The notes beneath the pieces were generated by a model. The model saw only the letters and a program-made list of their open reading frames with translations, had not been told where the DNA came from and made no database searches. Positions 41,570-52,554 of a DNA stretch of 64,000 nucleotides are shown one piece after another. The position numbers were made by a program, and so were the translations under genes. This DNA is from Dicyema japonicum (taxonomy: Eukaryota > Animalia > Dicyemida): assembly GCA_011109175.1 (NCBI GenBank), contig RDEW01000027.1, forward strand, positions 259,800-323,799. The letters are read 5' to 3'. Position 1 is the stretch's first letter, and the number at the start of each line of letters is the position of its first letter.

Positions 41570-42000
41570 CTTTTATTTTATTTGGTAAAGAAAGTAAATG
41601 GTCATATAGCGGCTGCCCTGACTGCGTGGCTATTTCCTCTCAGGATGGCGAGCGAGATTCGCTTAAATAACCAGCAGCGCTCACGAGGTTCTCATGATCG
41701 TGTAGCGATCCGATTACCTAGACGACTCAAGAATTCCAGCGTCGCAAACGTAAGGGAACTGGCGTCTCAAAGGCGAGTGGGACAAACAAAAAATCCTTGG
41801 GTGGACCGCGTACTTTTCCCGTTTCAACTTCTCGGCCTTTTCAGCGGCAGAACAGGCTCCAGAGGCACTCTGGAGTAGGTTGCAAGAGGCAACGTGTCGG
41901 TGCAGGTGACGTCTCAGACAAGAGGTGTTCGCATTTTGTAATGACGCTCTCAACATGGGGCGAGAATGACATGTGCATGTCAAAATTCACCTCAAGGATC
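41570..42000 (-). mobile_element. CRE-like 3' fragment
   Basis: DVTCTDT, AAEKAEKLKREKY, LFKRISLAILRGN. Confidence 0.8.
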
Positions 42001-42119
42001 CTTTGAGAATTTTTGAAAAAAATAGCTTCATTGTTTGCCTACAGTTCGACCGTCCCTCTTCCCAGTCTCTTGTCTGAAGTAAATAGAGTTGTGACGGACT
42101 TCTCACTGCTGGCAGTTAG

Positions 42120-43150
42120 GCGATTCTTCGATAGTCATTCGTCATGACGGTCCAGATTTTCTTGCAATCTCGAAGTGGCAATTTGGATGTCCTGATCGCG
42201 TGACGCAATGACGATGTCGTCGGCATAAGTTAGAATAATATCATTTTCGGCGTCTGGAATGAGGAGGTCCGCCATGAATAGGTAATAAAACTGGAGACAA
42301 CAAGATCTTTGGGGAATACCATTAGGAAGAAGCTTGACTGGCCAATGCAGACGCATCCACTCCGACTACTAAGGAAGTTAGCTAGCCAGAGTTTGAGCTT
42401 TCCAGGGATCTTTGGTAAATTTTCCAAGTAAGAATCCTCCTTGAAAGAGTCAAAAGCTTTGTGTACGTCTATGGAGCAAAGTACAGTCTTCATGTGTCCC
42501 GGCCTGTGTGAAAAGCCATAAAGTTAGTCAATCCAGATAAGTGGGTCGAAGTAGACCTCTCTTTTTTAAAACCATGTTGAAATGACAAATCCGGGAGGAA
42601 ATTTTTGATTTTCGCAAGAACCAGCCTTTCCAGAATTTTCGACACCGAACACAATAACGTGACCGGTCTGTACGAAGCCGGGTCTTTTTTCACTTTCACT
42701 CTAAGCTTATCCTCAGTAGTTAATCGGCCAGACTTTTTGATTTCGTTTCTTTCCTTGATTAATGCCGACCTGCCATATCCCCTGGTGTAGTTAAGGTGGT
42801 GATTAGGTACAGATAGTGATCTCGCATCCAAGATAGTGCGGTTTACATAAGCGACTACTTTTTCCATGGAGGTAATGCCATCCAGGTACTGCAGTAGGTT
42901 GTCAGTAAGTGTACCGGTACAGTCTCCAGTCTGCGCGTTTGTAGTTGAATTGTTCTAGGGACCTCCTCCTAGTTAACGTTTCTCTCTTGATCTTCAAAAG
43001 GATGGCATTGTGATCACTTCTTGAGTTGTAAGTGACTGACCAGATCGATATTGCCGCCAGGGCGGGAGAACAAAGACGTGATGTCTGGAGAAGTTAGTTG
43101 GTCTGACTCCCTGAAGGGGGTTCTCGCATGGAATTGCCGTGTTAAGTGGA
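42120..43150 (-). mobile_element. I/Jockey-group LINE relic
   Basis: SPDITSL, SDH, SYRPVTLL, QHGF, D..KAFDS, YADD. Confidence 0.8.
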
Positions 43151-43269
43151 AACGCATACGCAATCCTATCTGCAAAGGATTAATTATTTAAATTTCGTTT
43201 TCTGTTAATAAAAAATGTAAATAAAGTAAATTAAAATAATTTTAAACAGGACATACTATCTTAAGATTA

Positions 43270-44430
43270 AATAAGTTAGGAAGCTCTCACCCCATGGCTA
43301 TTCCCTCTCACAATATCGAGCGAAACTCGCTCGTATAGCCAGCGGCGTTCACGAAGATCGTCCAAACTCGCGGAAATCTGACCACCAAATCTATTCAGAA
43401 ATTCTACTCCCGAGGGTCTTATGACACTGAAAGTCTCAACAGTGAGTGGAATAAATTGCATTCCATTTGGTAAGTCAGCATATTTTTTTTTAAACTTTGG
43501 CTTTTATACGGCCGAGCATGGTTTATAGGAACTCTGAAGTAGGTTGTTAGGAGCGAATGTGTCGGTGCAGCTGACGTCCCAGACAAGATGTTGTATTCAA
43601 AGCTGGTCTAACGACTTCGTTCAAAGTCATGTGTCTAAGAGATTTTCCAGTACTCTTCATGCAAGAGAGTGGGTGCAAAAGCAATCAATCTGGTCCCCAC
43701 ATCTGCATGGATGCGGCACACAGACTTTCAATCCGAGTTGTAATGAGATCCTTATACGAACGCATTTATCTAGAAAAATACCAAAACTCCACTTGGAATG
43801 GCGTTGAGCCATGCTCCATTTTGGGAAGACACCTCCGACAACAAGCAAGTACAGCGGTGTTGGTTAGATGACATCAGTAGATCTTCCAATGACTTTAAAC
43901 ATACGTCATCGTCCAGACCCCACTGAGAGTTCAATGAAGGCGGGAAAAACAGATAAGTACGGCTCCAGCCATCACATGCATGATCGACGTCCTGGTCAGT
44001 AGAGAATTCGGGGAAGGAGTGCAGAATCTTTTTGACAAGAGTATCACATATCATTAGTGACTAGAGATATGCAATATTTATAGGCTGCGAATTTCAAGTC
44101 CGCCGAATCTGACAAGTATTGTGGCTTGCTACCATGATCACCTCAAACCAATATTGAAGATACGCTCCGTTGTTGAACGGAAGATCCCGTCAATGTGTGT
44201 GAGTTGATCATATTGGATGAAATAAGAGTCAGTCCTCAGGAAATATGCAAGCCTCTGTATGTTAAGGCTGTTTTTTAGGAGGAATAATGACGGATATAGA
44301 TCAGTAAGCATAAGCAATCCAAAGCTCCTTCAAGTAGTTGCCATTGCACATACATTGATTGGGGATCCTAGGAATATAAAGTCTTCGTCAGGGGTAAAAA
44401 AACTCACTGGCAGTAAAGATGACAACTTCC
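43270..44430 (-). mobile_element. CRE-like 3' half
   Basis: GAWLNAIPS, CRCG..ID...HSLA, WDVSCTD, FIPLTVET, ERVSLDIVRGN. Confidence 0.85.
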
Positions 44431-44435
44431 TATAA

Positions 44436-45790
44436 CTAATCACTAGAAAGTCCGCATTTGGATATTTTATCATCTATCATAATTAATTCAAAGCAGCTTC
44501 TAGCAGGGTTGAAATCAACATATTCAAATCGTGGAAGGCAGTATCTGGGGTCATCTGAGAACTGCCATAAGTTGAAAGGAAAGCGGGAAAGTTTGGTGAT
44601 TCTTTCGATCGCAGGGAAAGAATAACAGGAGTCCAAGGAATCTATATGTTGCGCTTCAAAAGACAAAAGGATTAGGTAGTCTCTGAAAAGTAAAGATGAT
44701 GGCAGATTATAAAACTGGATCATCATTTCGAAGATTTTAGGGAGGCAATCTGTATACTCTGGGAGTTTATCTTCTTCAATTAGTTCAGTAGGAAGGTCAC
44801 CAAGATTTTTTTCGTAATTGAGAAAACAGGCATGCAATACTCGTATCCCACAAGTCCACCGCTCCGTGACTCTGAAAGCCTTCTTTTTAACGTCCTCGAT
44901 TTTTTAGTATTCGTCCATGATAATGAAGATCCCCAAGAAGCACACGCGTACGAGAAGCATGGTTCGATGTATTGCTTGTAAATGTTCATCAAGACCGGGT
45001 GGGTACCTGTCTTATTATTATTACCCCCAGGATCACTGGGTCAAAGAGAAATAAATAAAAGTTCTCATCTAACTAAGTGATCCCAGACCGACAAAGGTGA
45101 AGACGAGTCCGGCGGGGTCGAGAATCCTGAACAACTCTTCTCATTGGACATGGCATCGGCTCAAAATTTCTGTATTATTGTAGATAATTCAATTGTATTT
45201 GGAATAGAGGGCAGATCGGTAGAACTTGATCCTCTTCTCGTACTTCAGAACAATGTTTGCCACGTGTGGTGACAAACATAAGTGAGCATCCAGTGTCACA
45301 CTCAGGATTTTCTGACATTTACTGAAGGGGGATTCCAACGTTGTCCAATTTTAACTTGACAGTCATCTTCTCCAACCTTTTGTCAGAATTAAACATAGTC
45401 GTGACCGTTCTATTACCCAGGCGTTGAGTCGGTCCAGGTTAATTTGTAATCTTTTTGTAGCATTTTGGATATCCCGATCACGCGAGGCGAAAACAATGTC
45501 ATCCGCATATGAGAGTACAACATTGTTATTGAATTCCGATGTCGAAATGTCAGCCAGGTATAAATTGAATAAGTCGGGGGATAAAGGAGATCCTTGGGGG
45601 ACCCCGTTTGGGAGAAGACGCGAGACTGACTTAAGTCCTCCGAGGCATACACCTCCCTCCTTCCACTTAAGAAATTTGTTATCGAGAGTGTAAGCTTCCC
45701 AAAGATCTCCGACTGGAAAATTTTCTTTGATAATATTTTTCTCGAAATAGAATCAAAAGCCTTGTTATGACAAAAAATCACAAATACCAA
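44436..45790 (-). mobile_element. Two adjacent I/Jockey-group LINE fragments
   Basis: KAFDS, GVPQGS.LSP.LFNLY, YADD, ILSVTLD with a (TAA)n tail at about 45012. A second fragment reads YKQYIEP..SYAC.SW. Confidence 0.75.
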
Positions 45791-46571
45791 CCTAACAATT
45801 AAAAAAAACGGAAATATTTATTAACTTTTTTTAATTCAACGCGTTCATTTTTAAAACAATCAAAATCCTTAACTAAGCGACGAGGATCGAGTGATCGTTT
45901 GCTTTGATCACTGCCACTTCGAGTCTCTATTTAAACCAAACTCCTTCTCTGGGTTCTCTCCTCTTTGAAGCGATCTTTCGTGATCTTAGAAAAAGACATG
46001 TTAAACAATAGAAACAATTCAACCACCAGCTGCCAAGAGACACTTAGCATCTACCAATTTGGTGGTGATTATCCTCTTCTCTGTTCAATCCACCTGTATC
46101 AGGTTACTCTCAGTACCGGGATGGTATGAAAAGGGATCACTTACTATCCTCCACTCCATTAAGAGACTTTCACAACTGCAAGGACTATAGCTTTCTTTCA
46201 TTTCCGTTGATTCTGGATAGACTTATGTGTGATATTAGAAGTCCCTCACTTCTGTATTGTGGGGGATATATATCTAATTAGTTGCTAACTATGAACTTTT
46301 CTGCATTCTGATAACGAGATATTAGATAAATTGACAGAGTATAGGAGATAGATTCGGATGAGGAGAGGCTGAGTAAGAATAACCAAAGAGAGCAATTAAG
46401 ATGAAGAGTCACAGTACTACATACCAAAGGTAAATAAATTATCAAAAAGGCATAAATATCATAAATAAAACTCAGAACATCAATAACACGTGGTTAATAT
46501 AGCCTAAAAACAACAAACTTCAAAAAACACAGAAATCAGTTAAAACAAATAATCAGAATGAAAATTAATGA

Positions 46572-47065
46572 CTACATTTCTAAGCGTTTGAAAAACCAGC
46601 GATGTTCGCCTTTTCGATAACTAAAACTTAAGCACTACGTCTTACTGAGCTTCCAACGACTTCCTCGCCGCCTGTCTCATCTCCTTCCTCCCATCAGCAT
46701 CCTTGTACCTGTTCAGGTTAATCTCTTGTGCAGAAAACGAAGGCTTGACACAGTATCTGGGATAATTACAAGAATCTACCTTGTAGCGAGCACGTGGTTG
46801 ATGTTTGTTAGTTTAACAAATGGCTTGATTTGTGTCCTCTTCATGATCTTTTTAGTGGACATTGCAGAGAGGACTCTACGAGGGTTCTTGGCAAGTCCAA
46901 CCACCAGGCATTGGGATACTTACGAGTCTTAGATTCACTGTATGTCTTGACATATTTATGCTAGATTACCTGAATTATTATCCCTTTCTTTCCCGCATAT
47001 TTCCCAGAAAGCATTAGGACTACTCTCCCATAAGAGATTACATCTGATCCCGAAGCTTGAGACAT
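46572..47065 (-). CDS. RPL27: 60S ribosomal protein L27 (eL27), 3 introns, one apparent 1-nt deletion
   Basis: GRVVLMLSGKYAGKKGII, LVVGLAKNPRRV, IKPFVKL.NINH..ATRY, WFFKRL. The frame breaks at the G-run 46913-46915. Confidence 0.9.
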
Positions 47066-47284
47066 GTAACGACAAACACGTGTTGTATTCAAATATTTTT
47101 ATGTTAATTTTAATTTTTATTTAAAATAATAAATAAAATTAAGTTAATTTTTACTAAAATATTTTTTCATATCATTATTAATACATATCTCATTTTTTGA
47201 CTGGAAAGTATACGATTATTTAAAAACGTTAGTTATTATGAGTTTACAATTTTGAGTCATTGAGAGCCCTAGTTAATAATCGAA

Positions 47285-47375
47285 GTGTGTGGAAGAGGTT
47301 GACATTCAAAATTGTTTCTTTCGCTGCACATGAGGGGATATTAGTATATGACTCTCGTGAAAGTGTTTAATGATA
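47285..47375 (+). mobile_element. RTE 3'-end fragment
   Basis: atatgactctcgtgaaagtgtttaatgataat. Confidence 0.6.
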
Positions 47376-49543
47376 ATTTATGATTTTAAGATTGGAATAA
47401 TTCTTATCTGAGTTCAATTACCTCCTAAGACTACCTCAAACAAGTTAAAGTTGAAAACGTGAAAGACAACAGAAAGTCACAGGAGAACTTTTAATTCTTT
47501 ACGACTCCCAACTGTAGATTAATTTACTGCTGTGAGTTGTCTCCAATTGCCCAAGAATTATGGGGATAAGCTAGCTTTAAAAAAAGCAACGAGTACTTAA
47601 ATCCGATCAGTTATCTGAAGAAAACTCTGGTGGGTATTGTGGTTGATTCAAATATGGAGTTCATCTGTGTTTTATAGTCAGTTTGTGGAGTTGCTATGTG
47701 GTTATAGTGAAGGCATCTCTTTGATGGGAAAAATGGAGGACTAAGATTAGTCTAACCATCCAGGTGCCAAAATACAGTATAAATTTCGCGTACGGTGGAC
47801 ACTATGATTACTCATTGGGGTCTTTGAGTCATGCCATGAGTGCATCCCCAATCTTGTTAATAAGTTTCAATTTGGCTCACTTCAAAGAAGTGGAATGCTG
47901 ATTTTCAAGTTGGTCGCACCTTTTCATTGAGGTAACAGTTATTCCATACTCGAGGCTGATGAGATAAAATAACAACTCCCTCTATGGACCTCTAAGGACC
48001 AGTTAGCAGCGTTCTCGAAGGTTACCAGAGAGAACTAAGATCAGACTTCTAGGTAAAGGAAAACGAAATTAAAGTTTTGCTGATAAAGTTACTTAAAAGG
48101 CAAATAAATCTACTTGAGACATTGATGAACAGTCGAGGTCATAGTGTCTTCAAGTCAGGGACGATACCACCTCAACCAAAAGGTTGAACCCCCATGTGCA
48201 TAATAAAAATCAACTTGTGTAGGTAGTTTCTTTTTTTGTACCTCACGGAGACAGCCAATCACCCACTATTGGCCTCAGCGAGAGCCGAAATCCTTAAGAA
48301 AAAATATCGGGGGACATTTCTTCTTCAAGCTCATCGCAGCTGAAACGTCGAAATTCTACGACCAAAATCCCTTTCCGTTCTACGTCCCAGGATCGTTAAT
48401 AACATAAAGGAGGAGGGACAGCCGATAAGAGAGATGGCTGATTGAATTCCATACAAATTTTAAGAGAAAATGCGATCTCAATCACGAGAGCTGCTTACTA
48501 GTTTATAATACTTTGTAAGTCTGATAAATCGTATCAACTTGAAGATACAAAGCATTAACGTCAAATGTACTCTAATATAGTTCTTTCAACTAAATTCAAT
48601 TGTCTTTAGAGTTTTATCCAAATTCGATATTATTATACTTACAAAGTTCACCAATATTAAAAATGAATGGTGGATGAAACTAAAAACTTGGATCATTTTG
48701 TTTCGTTCACTTTTTGAGAAATTCCATAATCGCTTGACAGTCACGTCTTTGATGTTGCTTGAAGTTATGCAAACGATAAATCGATCCTTCCGTCAGAATC
48801 TGCGACGTTTTTTTGATGTCTCGCCACAAGCAATGATCGGAAATAATATACAAGTTAACTTGATTCAACTTCCAAAGAAAGACCAATTTAATAATGTAAA
48901 GCACGTGTTGCCAACAAAACGAGACTTCTTAAATTAGTGTCTATTTAACCGAGAAGACGTTAACGACCAACAAACGGAATATATCACGTATTCTTAGATA
49001 ATCGATGGAAGGACTGAAACCTAACAACTCAAAAACCACACTCAGCCACGTTTAACTGAAAAAACAAGATCAGTTTTAATTAAACCTTCAAATACCAATT
49101 CTTTAATTATTAGGCCAACAACAAAGGAGTCTCATATTTTAATCTGATGCTATTTGTTTCTCAAATAGGATTCGAACTCGTCAAGTCGCCGTTATTGCTT
49201 ATTATTTACCCTCGGTCCTTTCAAGTGAAAAAAAACGGTAGCTACCTAAACCAGACGCTCCCAGATAACTATCAGGCGTATATGACGTGGCGCACGTACT
49301 AGGACAAGAAGGCAGAAAGTGACTTAGTCGATCGTCCTAATTTGTCCAAATAGTCTTGTAAATCCATATAGTGACAGTGGTGGAGGCGTGCCAAGTGGAA
49401 ATAAACTCCCGGGGATATAACGCGTATTCTAAGTTGGTTACTTCGTCATGTAGATAAGGGCACCAATTCCTGAATAACTTTATTAAATAAAAAAGTAATA
49501 AAAAAGGTAGTTTATACGAAACAACATAAGAAGTCACAACTAA

Positions 49544-49922
49544 TTAAAAAGATCCCCCAGTCTGCTTCTGGAAGACGTCAATGGAGTCGTTTTCCTCGAG
49601 ATTAAGCTAATAATGAGTAAAATACTATCCAACGTCATCAGGAGTCATATCTTCCATAATAGTGTCTCCCTCAAAAATAAATCGGAGTTCCTTAGAATCG
49701 TGTCCCTAAAATTATGGCCATAGAGTAACAGATCTGTTGCAGTAGGCCGACATAAGTTTTCTGAAAGGCGTATTTCGTTTGATTTTAAAACACACGACAG
49801 ATCCATTCTGGTCACACACTTTAAGACTAATATGATCGCTAGAAGAGTTCTTAAGTGTATAAAACAGTTCCAGATACCTCTTCTTGTTGAACAACAACGT
49901 CACCACTTACATTACCTTCCAT
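49544..49922 (-). CDS. SUMO: SUMO, 3 introns
   Basis: HISLKV...[17 protein letters not shown]...LRFIFEG...[12 protein letters not shown]. Confidence 0.95.
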
Positions 49923-50534
49923 AACGCGACAAAATTAATTTTTACAATTTAAATAAATAAATCAATTTTAATAATAATATTTATTACTGATTTCACGTTT
50001 ATAAATTAAAATCTTTCTAAATAAAAGGAAATCAATATTAATACTTAAATTGGATTTCATATTGACGTGAGTCAACATGGCTTTCAGCACTCAGCCAGGT
50101 ATATAACAACGTGATAGGTCACAAGACCGGTTCTGATGACCAAGTCAGCAAAATATACAACCAAATTGACTAATAATATGCTGGTATAAAGACTAAATCA
50201 TTGTAACTAATGTTCGTTCATATGGTGGATCGATAATTGACAATGACCGCCGTTATAGAATAACTATTAAGGAAATAATCAAGAAGGTCGTTAACCGGGA
50301 GTCAAAAAGAAGGCCCATAGATCGGATCAAACACATAGCGTGAAAGACAGCAGAAAGTTTCACGTAGCTATATGGCTACTTTAGACCTCCAATAACTCTC
50401 AAAGGATGGGCATTTGTTCGACTTCTGACAGGTTATTGACATTCAAACTCAGATCCTACATGCATCCGAAGCCTCCTCTTTCAGAATGTCAAGTCGGCAT
50501 CACCACTTTGATAATGAGTCATTGATTAACATAA

Positions 50535-50834
50535 TAATAATACTGTACTTCAAGAGCCATATTAGCTTTAGCTCTTCCCAGACAGGACACACACTTTATT
50601 TTATAAAAAATAGCTATCAAACTAATCAACGAGGCAGAACCAAGGAATGCTCTTCACTTTTTTGTTTGATGTAAATCCTTCTGTAGACGATCTGGTTTCA
50701 TTAATGACGGCGTCACTCGTCAAGCCAAAGCATCGTAGATGTGTGGAACCTTCAGCCGGAATGTACAGCAGCGAGATTGAACTGGGGGCATCAAACCTTT
50801 TGCCCGGAACTCGTTGTTACCGTTACACCCTTAC
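50535..50834 (-). mobile_element. Near full-length SINE (about 300 bp) with a probable TSD
   Basis: A-box-like ggtgtaacggta, degenerate B-box, family core and tail. taacataa occurs on both flanks. Confidence 0.85.
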
Positions 50835-51107
50835 TAACATAAAGATTGGTAAGATATCTTAAAAATCATCCGTTGTTTAGGAATGGAGACGAGAAGCTGT
50901 CTCCTCAAAGAGATAAAGACATTGAGTGTACTGGAGTTATTTGAAAGTGCACTTAAAGTACATCACAGTTCTACCTTGGAAGAGCTAAGTCCCTATTTGG
51001 GAATAAAATTACCAATAAACTAAATGAATGGATTGCGGATATTTGCGTTATGTAAATGATTGAACCTTTTTCAATTATTTACCCCCAGTCGCTTCAATAG
51101 AAGGAAA

Positions 51108-51146
51108 CCAACAGTGGGATTCGAACCCACGCATCCGAAGATAACA
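51108..51146 (-). pseudogene. 3' half of a long-variable-arm tRNA (Leu-like)
   Basis: Variable arm atc-ttcg-gat, T-arm gtggg-ttcgaat-cccac, acceptor strand tgttgg(t). No 5' half nearby. Confidence 0.75.
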
Positions 51147-51598
51147 TCAAAGAGATAAAGACACTAAGTGTACTAGGGAAATCCTATGTACACGAAAGTT
51201 ACACGTTAGCCGTGACACCTACATGTTCATCTTCAAGGGAGTTATTCTCCCTAGCCTACTTTATGGGTGCGAGGAGTGGTTCTTCTCTCCGAAGAGGGAG
51301 AAGATCTCATCCCTCCTAGAGAAGACTAAGAGAGCTGCAATTAAGGTCTCCTTAAGCAAGAAACTGAATGACTGTCTAAACGAGGACGAAAACAAGCTGT
51401 TAGAACCGATTAGCAGGATTATGGAGGATCGGATCAATGGTTCAAAGATCCAGGACACATATATAAAACTGGGAGTTCTGAAAAAATTAAAAAGGAGGAA
51501 GGATTCAGGTGTTGAGTCCGAGCCTTATGGTAGGACTCAGATGTAATACCATCCAGAAAACTCCTTAACTTTTTTGTTAACCAATCGTTATTATTATT
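51147..51598 (+). mobile_element. 5'-truncated LINE 3' end with (TTA)n tail
   Basis: FKGVILPSLLYGCEEW (post-RT motif). The TSD aatagaaggaaa (51096-51107, 51599-51610) encloses this fragment and the tRNA half. Confidence 0.75.
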
Positions 51599-52137
51599 AA
51601 TAGAAGGAAATAGATGGCTGACAAAAAAGTAACTATCAGAAATCAGTCAGGTATATGTGGCGTCTTTCCTTATCTTATCTCACCTTTCAAATATCGAATT
51701 TCACCCCCAAAACTCATTCTCCATTCGTTCTTGTACTATCTGTTTCCTGAAACAACTGCAAAAACAAGATAGTCGAGAAACCTATCAGAAATATCATTGA
51801 CTGTTGTAACGATGATATGCATAAATTCACATTAGTATAATTTTACCCATCGGTGTTAGAAATAATCAAGCTAAGTAAGCGGTTCCATATTCCTATTCCA
51901 TATCGTATTCCGTATTCCTACCTCTCAAGTCGTAAGATGTTCTCGCTATCTAAGTTTTCTTTTGACGTACATCAGCATCAAATATTCCAGAAAGTGTGAC
52001 TTGTGGAACTTCTAAAACGTGGCCCACGCTCAACGAAGTATTCCTCCATCGTAATTTATTTGTATTTATTTAAAACCAAGAATCACCGACAAATTAAAGG
52101 GAATGATAGGTGATCTGGACCTCCTTAAGCTCGTGTC

Positions 52138-52362
52138 TCATTCTTTCTCGGTGTTCTTCCCGAAAACCGACGCATTTACTGTATGTATGAGACACTTTTC
52201 GGAATTTTGGAGATGGCAATCGGCTCCCGTTCTCCTAAAAAGTTCTTCGAACGGAGTTGGCATTAGTGGTGAGGATAATCTTTTAGGGACCCATTGACTG
52301 TTGCTTGAAAATTTTTTTTCAGGTTCACATTGGACAGGTTTGTCCCCATACCGCACAGCCAT
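52138..52362 (-). CDS. Hypothetical small protein, divergent from calpain-7
   Basis: Open frame in GC-richer sequence next to the AT-rich spacer upstream of CAPN7. No family recognised. Confidence 0.3.
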   Translation of the reverse strand: MAVRYGDKPVQCEPEKKFSSNSQWVPKRLSSPLMPTPFEELFRRTGADCHLQNSEKCLIHTVNASVFGKNTEKE

Positions 52363-52554
52363 AGCTGATTGTCGGTTGTATGTATTGGTTACAGAGGGCC
52401 AAAGCTTGTAGGCGCAATCTTCTGTAAGAAAATAATAATTCAGAAAATTTAAAATCTAAATATGTAATTTAAAATAAGTTTTGCTTAAAAAATGTTTAAA
52501 AAATTACAAAAAAATATAGAAAATTTAAAATAAAATAATTGAGTGGGCATTTCA

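Noticed and set aside
45860-46450. Possible gene downstream of RPL27
   Set aside because: No recognisable protein or consistent intron pattern.
48300-49080. Penelope-like element with hammerhead (gaaacgtcg) and GIY-YIG remnants
   Set aside because: Too degenerate; neither the catalytic core nor the protein motifs could be reconstructed.
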